The position numbers were made by a program, and so were the translations under genes. From assembly GCA_013152895.1 (NCBI GenBank), contig JAADFN010000047.1:1340-65339 (forward strand): a DNA stretch of 64,000 bases, in the 5' to 3' direction. Shown here piece by piece: positions 48,271 to 55,795 of the stretch. The notes under the pieces are model-generated. The model searched no databases. It was not told where the DNA came from and was given only the letters and a program-made list of their open reading frames with translations. This stretch comes from Acidobacteriota bacterium. GTDB lineage: Bacteria; Acidobacteriota; Thermoanaerobaculia; Thermoanaerobaculales; Sulfomarinibacteraceae. Each line of letters starts with the position of its first letter. Position 1 is the stretch's first letter.

Positions 48271-48641
48271 CATCGGAACCCAGGTATCGAATGATCTCGT
48301 GGGTCGCCGAAAAGTACGGCGTCCATCCGCAGACCCTTCGACTCTGGGAGAGGGAAGGATTGCTGCGTCCCAGACGGTCAGAGGGCAACACGAGGTTGTA
48401 CGACGAGGAAACCTGTGAGCGGCTCGAGACGATTTTGACGCTGACGCGGGATCTTGGCGTCAATCTTGCCGGCGTCGAGATCATTCTCAACCTCCGCGAA
48501 CAGGTCCAGGAGCTGCAGCGGGAGATGGAGCTCCTGACCAGGTTGCTCCGCAAGAAGCTCGAAGAAGAACAGGGAGTGCCTCACTATCACGCCATTGTCC
48601 GGGCGCGCTCGGGAATGATTCTGCCGGTTGAAGGCGAATGA
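48267..48641 (+). CDS. hspR: MerR-family heat-shock repressor HspR
   Basis: An HTH (YRMISWVAEKYGVHPQTLRLWEREGLLRPRRSEGNTRLYDEE) followed by a coiled coil. Sits in dnaK-operon context, and the start overlaps the hsp20 stop. Confidence 0.8.
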   Translation: MTSEPRYRMISWVAEKYGVHPQTLRLWEREGLLRPRRSEGNTRLYDEETCERLETILTLTRDLGVNLAGVEIILNLREQVQELQREMELLTRLLRKKLEEEQGVPHYHAIVRARSGMILPVEGE

Positions 48642-49501
48642 CGGGCCAGCGGCAAGGCTCCGACAGCGAGGCGGCGACGCTGAGGCAATACCTTCGGGAG
48701 ATTTCCCGGTACAAGACGTTGACCCACGAGGAGGAGCTCGAGCTCGCGAGGCGAATCCAGGAGGGCGACGAGGAAGCTCTCAGGAGGCTTGTGGAGGCCA
48801 ACCTCCGCTTCGTCGTGGCCTACGCCAAGCGGTACCGGAATCCGAACATCCCGTTCCTGGATCTGATTCACGAGGGGAATCTCGGTCTGATTCAGGCCGC
48901 CAAGAAGTACAACCCGTTCAAGAAGGGCCAGGATGTCAAGTTCATCACCTACGCGGTGTGGTGGATCCGTCAGGCGGTTCTCCACGCCTTGGCGGAGCAG
49001 GCCGGCACGTTTCGTCTCCCTCAAAAACAGGCCAATACGCTCTACCGCCTGGAGCGGGTTCGTTCCGCGTTGACCGAACAGCTTGGCCGTCCTCCAACGG
49101 TCGAGGAGCTGGCCGATGAGCTCGGGTTGAGCCGCGAAGATGTCTCCGTGCTTTCACGGGTGGGCCTGAGCTCGCTTTCGTTGAACGAACCGGTCGATGC
49201 GAATGGGGATTCAGAGCTGGGCGATCTCCTCGAACAGAGCGTACTCCCGGACACGGATGAACGCATCCTGCGGGAGTCCTTCGTCAGCGTGCTCGAAGAC
49301 GCCCTGTCGGATCTTCCCGAACGCGAGAAAAAGGTCCTCGAGCTCCGGTTTGGCTTTTTCGACGATCAGCCCAAAACGCTCCGTGAAATCGGAAGGATTC
49401 TCGGGCTCTCGCGCGAACGGGTGCGCCAGATCGAGAACCGCGCCCTGGCCAAGCTGCGCCACAGCCACAAGCGTGAAGCTCTCTCGGGGTACCTGAGCTA
49501 A
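48638..49501 (+). CDS. sigma-70 family RNA polymerase sigma factor (regions 1.2-4, no region 1.1)
   Basis: Region 2 (ANLRFVVAYAKRY...FLDLIHEGNLGLIQAAKKY...FITYAVWWIRQAV), region 3, and a region 4 HTH (TLREIGRILGLSRERVRQIENRALAKLR). The start overlaps the hspR stop. Confidence 0.85.
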   Translation: MTGQRQGSDSEAATLRQYLREISRYKTLTHEEELELARRIQEGDEEALRRLVEANLRFVVAYAKRYRNPNIPFLDLIHEGNLGLIQAAKKYNPFKKGQDVKFITYAVWWIRQAVLHALAEQAGTFRLPQKQANTLYRLERVRSALTEQLGRPPTVEELADELGLSREDVSVLSRVGLSSLSLNEPVDANGDSELGDLLEQSVLPDTDERILRESFVSVLEDALSDLPEREKKVLELRFGFFDDQPKTLREIGRILGLSRERVRQIENRALAKLRHSHKREALSGYLS

Positions 49502-49520
49502 CCCGGATGCATCATCCGGG
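49502..49520. repeat. GGATG...CATCC palindrome, copy 2 of 3 (likely bidirectional terminator)
   Basis: CCCGGATG-CAT-CATCCGGG sits directly after the sigma-factor TAA, between convergent genes. Confidence 0.5.
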
Positions 49521-49541
49521 CTCGTCCGCATGTCTCATCTG

Positions 49542-51950
49542 TCATGGTTCATCGAAGAACGTGCGAAGAGCTGCCTGGGGGTCTTCGAAGATCAGGCGCG
49601 CCGGGTCATCCTCGTCGACCCAATCCTCGGGTAGCAGCTGAAGGTACTGCGGCCGCAGGAAACGCCTGCCGAGCAGGATGATCGTTCCGCGATCCTCGGC
49701 CGAGCGGATCAAGCGTCCAGCCGCCTGGACGACGCGCGTCATCCCGGGGATCAAGTAGGCGTAGGCGAAACCGTGGCCGTACGTGCGACGGTAGAACTCC
49801 CGGAGGAGCTCCCTCTCAGAGTTGAATTGGGGGAGACCCGGGGAAACCACCATCACCTGGGAGAGCATCTCGCCAGGATAGTCGACGCCCTCGGCGAACA
49901 TGCCGCCGAGGACGGCCAGCACCACGGTCGGACGGTGGCCCTGGAGGGCTCGCAAGATCTCGGCCTGCTGTGCCACCGTCGTACCCGGACGTTGAACCAG
50001 CACGGTGTGGGGCACGGGAGGGAAGCGGCCGTGCACCTGGGCGAGAAAACGGTAGCTCGGAAAGAGAACGAGGGCGTTTTTCCCCGGGTGTGAGAGCCGT
50101 GCAATCCATCCCGCGATCGCATCGGCGTTGGCGTTCCGGCGGCGGTACGTCGTGTCGACGTCCGGGATCACCATGACCAGGCGGTTTTCGGGCGGAAACG
50201 GTGAGGGGAGCTCGACGGTGTTCGTGAGCTCGTCTGGAAAACCGAGCATGTGGCGGAAGAACTCGGGAGGTCTGAGCGTTGCCGACATCGCGATGGCGCC
50301 GGCACTTTTCGAGATGACGGCGCCGAGGAATCGGGACGCATCGAGGCAGAGGATCTTGAGCGCCTGGCCTCCGTCAGGCCTGCTTCTGCCCAGGAACACG
50401 AATTCATCGCCTCCCAGCCGGAGAACCTGGTGGAAACGGGTCAGCTCGAGGAAGACGTCCATGACCGGATCGTCCGCGAGCCACAGCGTGTGCTCGCGTT
50501 TGTACATCCAGTAGTCCAGGATGGTTGCGTCGAGGCTGATACGGAACCCGGCGACGTCCCGTTCGGGGACGTCGATGATCGCTTCGGGTTGACCGGTGAT
50601 CCCCGTGGCCTCGGTGACACGCCGGCGTATGAAAGCCTCGAGCTCCCCGAGGATCTCCCCAACCGCGTCAAACACGGCGCCGTCGTGCCCGCGTACGTAC
50701 TCCAGCGCCCGCTCCACTGTGCGTGTGTCGAGCTCGGGCGAGTAGTACTCCCGGCTTCGGGCAACGAGATTGTGAGCCTCGTCGATAATCAGGATGGCCC
50801 GGCTCAGCGCGTTCTTGTCGAGCAGTACGTCCAGCCCGAGGGCCGGATCGAAAACGTAGTTGTAATCGCAGACGACGGCGTCCATCTCGCCGAGGGCTTC
50901 GAGACTGACCTCGAACGGGCACACCTCGTGGGCGGTGGCCCGTGTGAAAATGTCGTCCGGATCCAGGTGGGGGGCGCCCGTGAGCAGGGATGACAGAAGG
51001 CCGGACCGGGTCATTTTGAAGCCGAAGCTGTCGGCATACGGACACAACTCTTCGTGGCAGATCATTTCCGAGCTCGCGCACATCTTCTGCTTGGAACGCA
51101 GCTGCATGCTCGAAAATGGAATCGTGTGCATCGCGCGGAGCGTGTCCACGGCGATCCGTTGTCCCAGCGTTTTCGCGGTCAAGAAGAGCACCCGTCGGCC
51201 GTTTTCGAGCGCATGCCTGAGCGCCGGGTACAACACGGCGGCCGTCTTGCCCGTTCCAGTCGGGGCGGAAAGGAGGAGGTGCCTCCCCTGGCTCAAGCTC
51301 GTCTGCACGGCCTCGATGATCGTGGCCTGCACCGGCCGTGGCGAGGTGTGTGGGAAGCTGAGCGAGCTTGCAGCCGCCCTCAGGCGCTCCGTTCTCTTCA
51401 CGTGGCGCCGCTCGATCGCCAGGAGCCTGTGGACCTGTTGCCTGATGAAGGCGCCGGCGGATGCGGCGGTCCACGGGATCTCTTCAACCCGCACCTCGTG
51501 GGTGACGATGTCGACGAGCAGCAGGCGGGCCTGGGCCGGCTCCGCAGGGTCCGACAGGAGCGCCGCGTAGACCATGACCTGCTGACGGAACGTCTCCGAG
51601 AGCTCCTGGAAGTAGAGCGTGTGCAGGTCAACTGCAAAGTGAAGGCTCTTGATCTCGTCCACGCGGACCGCACGATCACCCGAAAACACGACGCCGTCCG
51701 CCCTTCCGGAAAGCCGGACCTGCCATCCGTCGATGTCGAGCGTGCGGCTCACGGGGACCTCCGCGCGGTACGCGGGTTCCTCCGCCGCGGAAGCTTCCTG
51801 GACTGCACGATGGATTTCCTGGCCGAGCCACATCCGGCTCAACCCGGTTCCGCCGAGACCGATGGCCCGGCGGCCCGGACCTTCGATGAGCTCGCTGACC
51901 GAGAGCTCGATTCGATGTTGGTCGGGGGAGATCGTGGCCATCTGACGCAT
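49542..51950 (-). CDS. DinG/XPD-family Fe-S helicase with an N-terminal PD-(D/E)XK nuclease domain
   Basis: N-terminal nuclease motifs (GQEIHRAVQ, SGRADGVV, VDEIKS, QQVMVYAALL). A helicase Walker A (APTGTGKT), a 4-Cys cluster (CASSEMICHEELCPY...HEVCPFE), a DEAH box (IIDEAHNL) and C-terminal helicase motifs. Confidence 0.85.
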   Translation of the reverse strand: MRQMATISPDQHRIELSVSELIEGPGRRAIGLGGTGLSRMWLGQEIHRAVQEASAAEEPAYRAEVPVSRTLDIDGWQVRLSGRADGVVFSGDRAVRVDEIKSLHFAVDLHTLYFQELSETFRQQVMVYAALLSDPAEPAQARLLLVDIVTHEVRVEEIPWTAASAGAFIRQQVHRLLAIERRHVKRTERLRAAASSLSFPHTSPRPVQATIIEAVQTSLSQGRHLLLSAPTGTGKTAAVLYPALRHALENGRRVLFLTAKTLGQRIAVDTLRAMHTIPFSSMQLRSKQKMCASSEMICHEELCPYADSFGFKMTRSGLLSSLLTGAPHLDPDDIFTRATAHEVCPFEVSLEALGEMDAVVCDYNYVFDPALGLDVLLDKNALSRAILIIDEAHNLVARSREYYSPELDTRTVERALEYVRGHDGAVFDAVGEILGELEAFIRRRVTEATGITGQPEAIIDVPERDVAGFRISLDATILDYWMYKREHTLWLADDPVMDVFLELTRFHQVLRLGGDEFVFLGRSRPDGGQALKILCLDASRFLGAVISKSAGAIAMSATLRPPEFFRHMLGFPDELTNTVELPSPFPPENRLVMVIPDVDTTYRRRNANADAIAGWIARLSHPGKNALVLFPSYRFLAQVHGRFPPVPHTVLVQRPGTTVAQQAEILRALQGHRPTVVLAVLGGMFAEGVDYPGEMLSQVMVVSPGLPQFNSERELLREFYRRTYGHGFAYAYLIPGMTRVVQAAGRLIRSAEDRGTIILLGRRFLRPQYLQLLPEDWVDEDDPARLIFEDPQAALRTFFDEP

Positions 51951-52142
51951 TGTAACGATCCCCGCCCCGCCGGTGCGCCGCAGGATCAGGAGCCTGCCCG
52001 GTTCACCGCCTCCCTCCTCCGGCCGGCGACGTGCCGCGCGCCGCGGCCGCTGCGTTACAATCCCTGTGCAGTGCCCGGCGGCGTGCCGGGGAGTTTTCGG
52101 CTCCTTCCGGCAGTGTGACGGCCGGGCGCGGGGAGGTGGCGT

Positions 52143-53312
52143 ATGCGGAGAAGACAGTGGATCGTGGTTTCAAGCGTCTTGGCCATGGGAGTTGCCGTCG
52201 TGGCCGCTCAAACGCGGGGGACATCGCCCGCGAAAGTGGCGCCGTCCCTTCACGTCGATCACGAGGTTCTCGACGTTGGCCAGGTGTTGGCCGGACAGGA
52301 CGTCGTTGGGACCTTCGTTTTCACGAACACCGGGAAACGGCCCATTCGGATCCTGCGAGCGGCCCCTTCTTGAGGGTGCACAGTCGCCGAGCACGACTCG
52401 GTGATCCCGGCAGGTGGGTCGGGAAAGCTCGTAGCAACGGTTCACACGCACGCCCAGGAGAATGGACATATTTCCAAGACGATTCGCGTCGTCACGGACG
52501 ATCCCGGTCTCAAACAGCTTCTCCTGAGGCTCAACGCGACCGTCATCGCGCCGATCGAGGTACGCCCATCGTCACGGATATGGCTCAGTACCTGGGAAGA
52601 TGTCCCCGCCAAGGTGCACCTCCTGCTTCACAGGCAGGATGGGAAGCCGTTGAAGATCATGGCGTTGCAGGTTGAGCCCCCGGGGCTTATGAAACTGACG
52701 TGGTCCAGCGTGACCTCGGCCGAGCGCGTACGCGGATTGCGGGCGGGGCCCGGTGATGTTTGGCTGACGGCCAGCGTGCAGGCGGTTCCGCATGCGATCT
52801 CCCGGAGTGGGAAGGTCCACATCACGACGAACGATCCGCGTCAGAAGACGTTCATCCTGCCGCTCTTTGTCCAGGTTCGGCCCACGCTGGAGGCCGTCCC
52901 GCCCCAGTTGCGGTTCTTCGTTGGGGACAGGGGTCCTCAAGAGTACTGGAGGGTCGTCGAGCTGCGGGCGCACGGAAGCACTCGTTTCCATATCCGGTCG
53001 GTTCAAACCGATCGTCCCGCCCTCTTCAAGGTCGTGATCATGCCGCCAGGACTGGGAACATCCGAAAAGATCAGGATCGGTCTCGATCGTGATGCTGCGT
53101 TGAAGGTCGCCGCCGGTACGTTTCGTTCCACGATGACCATCAAGACCGATGACGCGAAACACCCCGTGATGACCATCCCGGTCATTGTCACGCGCCAGCG
53201 GGCGATGCGGGTGCGGCCCACATTCCGGGTGCTTCGGCCGAAAACGGCGCCGGCCCAGAAAAAACCGGGCGAGCCGCAGCTTCCGCCGCCGGGATCGGGG
53301 CCGGGGTTTTGA
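52143..53312 (+). CDS. secreted DUF1573-repeat protein with an in-frame TGA (52371-52373) at the first Cys of the SCGCT motif. Either a candidate selenoprotein or a disrupted gene.
   Basis: Track ORFs 52143..52373 and 52401..53312 share one frame. The read-through product is ...FVFTNTGKRPIRILRAAPS-[TGA]-GCTVAEHDSVIPAGGSGKLVATV..., which is the DUF1573 core. It has a signal peptide (VVSSVLAMGVAVVAAQT), and two further Ig-like repeats follow. Confidence 0.6.
52384..52404 (+). promoter_or_regulatory. SECIS-like stem-loop downstream of the in-frame UGA
   Basis: UCGCCGAG-CACGA-CUCGGUGA: an 8-bp stem with one G-U pair, starting 11 nt after the UGA. The apical loop lies at positions +22 to +26 from the U of UGA. 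Confidence 0.3.
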
Positions 53313-53345
53313 CGCCCGGCATCGCATACATGAGGAGGATGCACC

Positions 53346-54542
53346 ATGCGTGAACCATCGATCCGCCGTGAAGATCTGGAAACGTGGGCCGGGTATCTCC
53401 TGGATCATTCGCTCGGCGGCATCACTTCGAAAGACCGGGTCATGATCAAGGGCGAGCGGATTGCATGGCCATTGATGGAAATCCTGGAAAGACGGGTCGT
53501 CGAGGGGGGGGGTATTCCGGACGTGTACGTGGTCGCTCCCAACAATGAGCGGGGACGGGTGTGGTCCGCCGCAATGGCGCGTTGGGGGAGCCCGGAGCAG
53601 GTGGAACGGATTCCCGAATGGCACAGGCTGCGCTACGAGAGCATGACGAAGTATGTCGAGGTGCTGGGCGCGGAGGATCCTGAGAGCTTCATGGGATTGA
53701 CGGCGGAGCAGGCCCAGCGTCTTGCAGCAGCCGACAAGCCATTTTCGAGCATTCGCCTGAGCAAGCCGTGGGTCATCACGCTGTACCCGACGCCGGCAGC
53801 GGCGGCCATGGAAGGCATGGATCTCGAAGAGTACATCCAGTTCATCGTTCAGGCTTCGACCTCCGATCCCACCGAGCTCCGTCGTGCCGAGGAGGCCATC
53901 GCGCCGGTTATCGACGAGGGACGTGAGATCAGGATCGAAACCGAGCATCCCGCCGATCACCGGAAGCTCCAGTTGACGATGGACCTCGCTCCAAGCCGTG
54001 CGGTCCTGTCATACGGACTTCGCAATTTCCCGGATGGCGAGGTCTTTACGAGCCCGGATGCCCGTTCGGTCTCCGGCGAGATTTTCGTCGACCTTCCCGT
54101 GAACTACGGCGGCAACGATATCCAGGCGATCTACCTGAGGTTCGAGGGTGGGCGGATCGTCGAGTACAGCGCCGGGACCGGCATGGAGCACCTGACAGCG
54201 ATTATCGAGACGGACGATGGCTCGCACCGGCTCGGAGAGGTGGCCCTTGGCATGAACCCCGGCCTCGACCGGGTTCTCAAGCATCCGCTCTTCGTGGAGA
54301 AGGTGGGTGGGACGCTTCACATCGCCATCGGTGCGAGCTACGAGGAATGTTACGTCGAAGATCCATCCTCGGACGAGGGGAAGGCACGGGTTCATGAGCT
54401 CGAGGAGTCGGGAATCCTGAACCGGTCTGCGCAGCACGTCGACATCGTGACGGATTTTCGTCCTGGAGGATGCGGGCGGTCGGTGACCATCGATGGCATT
54501 CGCTTGGTTCCCAGGAATCGAGTGTGGATCCGGGAGGCTTGA
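53346..54542 (+). CDS. M29-family aminopeptidase (AmpS/PepS-like)
   Basis: 398 aa with the typical M29 layout (EVFTSP, GGTLHIAIGASY, HVDIV). Contains a G9 homopolymer at 53504-53512. Confidence 0.8.
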   Translation: MREPSIRREDLETWAGYLLDHSLGGITSKDRVMIKGERIAWPLMEILERRVVEGGGIPDVYVVAPNNERGRVWSAAMARWGSPEQVERIPEWHRLRYESMTKYVEVLGAEDPESFMGLTAEQAQRLAAADKPFSSIRLSKPWVITLYPTPAAAAMEGMDLEEYIQFIVQASTSDPTELRRAEEAIAPVIDEGREIRIETEHPADHRKLQLTMDLAPSRAVLSYGLRNFPDGEVFTSPDARSVSGEIFVDLPVNYGGNDIQAIYLRFEGGRIVEYSAGTGMEHLTAIIETDDGSHRLGEVALGMNPGLDRVLKHPLFVEKVGGTLHIAIGASYEECYVEDPSSDEGKARVHELEESGILNRSAQHVDIVTDFRPGGCGRSVTIDGIRLVPRNRVWIREA

Positions 54543-54543
54543 A

Positions 54544-55713
54544 ATGAGCGGGGAGGCTCGGGAAACGGTGATCGATGGGCAGACGCGCGACGCGGTCAAT
54601 CCCCGGCCGCTCGCGGAAATCAAGCCGCGGGAGATATTCGACGAGCTCAGACGTGGCGTTTTGGGCCAGGACCGGGCGCTCCGCTACGTGTCCGTGGCCG
54701 TCTACAAGCACGTGACGGGAAAAGTTTCCGGCAATATCCTCCTGATCGGGAACTCCGGAACCGGCAAGACGACGATCATGAACAATATTCAGCGCCTGTA
54801 CCGTGATGTGCCGGAGTACCGGCCGTTCCGGGCAATGACCATCATCAACGCCAACCTCCTCGTCGATTCCGACCGGATGGAGTTCCGTCCCGACCGTCTC
54901 CTGACGGCGGTTGAACAACGTGCCCGGACGTTGCTCGGGTCGAAGGTCACGTCCGAGGAGCTCAAGGCCGCCATGGAAAGGGCGACGATCTGTATCGACG
55001 AGGTGGACAAGATGGCCGCCGTCGTCGCCGGGAAGCCCAACGCCATCGGCGTGGTGCTGCAGCAGGGGCTTCTGACATTGATGGAGGGTGAAACGGTTTC
55101 CTACCGGACCTACGCCATCGTGGACGGCGAGGAACGGCAGGTGACCATCGACGTTGACACGAGCCACATGATGTTCATCTGTGGTGGCGCTTTTGAAGAG
55201 CTCTACGACCAGGTCTACTTGAGAGTGATCAATCCCGGGAGCGGGGAAAAGCTCAAGTCCCAGGCGATTCGTTCGGCAGACGGCACGGTTCATATCGAAA
55301 CCCGGTTCACCCTCGGAGATTTTCTCAAGGACGAGGATCTCTTCACGTATGGGATGGTGCCGCAGTTCATGGCGCGTTTCGACAACATTGTTCTTCTCAA
55401 CGAGCTCAGTGGCGATGTGCTCAAGCAGATCCTTCTGGAATCGTTGGATTCTCCATTCATTCGTTCAAAGAGCTATTTCGAGGTCATGGGTATTTCCCTC
55501 GAGATCGAAGATCTCGCTGCGGCGCTGATCGCGGAACAGGCGCAAAAACACACGCGGACGGGAGCACGCGCGCTCAGGATGATCTTCGGCAAGATTATCA
55601 ACCGGGTGGAATTCGATCCGTTGGAAAGCCGCGCTTTGGAAGAGCTCCCCGGGGGCGGACATCGTATTATGATCTCGGCAGCCATGGTCAAGCGGGAGCT
55701 TGGGCTCGCGTGA
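54544..55713 (+). CDS. ClpX-like AAA+ ATPase lacking the zinc-binding domain, the GYVG pore loop and the IGF loop
   Basis: Colinear with the ClpX AAA+ module: VLGQDRALRYVSVAVYKH, Walker A (GNSGTGKT), Walker B (ICIDEVDK), VVLQQGLLTLMEG, MFICGGAF, MVPQFMARFDNIVLLNEL, GARALRMIF. The segment equivalent to TEAGYVGEDVE is NLLVDSDRMEF. The start lies 1 nt after the M29 stop. Confidence 0.8.
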   Translation: MSGEARETVIDGQTRDAVNPRPLAEIKPREIFDELRRGVLGQDRALRYVSVAVYKHVTGKVSGNILLIGNSGTGKTTIMNNIQRLYRDVPEYRPFRAMTIINANLLVDSDRMEFRPDRLLTAVEQRARTLLGSKVTSEELKAAMERATICIDEVDKMAAVVAGKPNAIGVVLQQGLLTLMEGETVSYRTYAIVDGEERQVTIDVDTSHMMFICGGAFEELYDQVYLRVINPGSGEKLKSQAIRSADGTVHIETRFTLGDFLKDEDLFTYGMVPQFMARFDNIVLLNELSGDVLKQILLESLDSPFIRSKSYFEVMGISLEIEDLAAALIAEQAQKHTRTGARALRMIFGKIINRVEFDPLESRALEELPGGGHRIMISAAMVKRELGLA

Positions 55714-55795
55714 GGCGCATGATGAGGCTTCGGGTCGTCGTGGAACCGGGTCCGCCTATGAAGATGGTGGCGAGAATTCGAGGTAAACTCTCATC

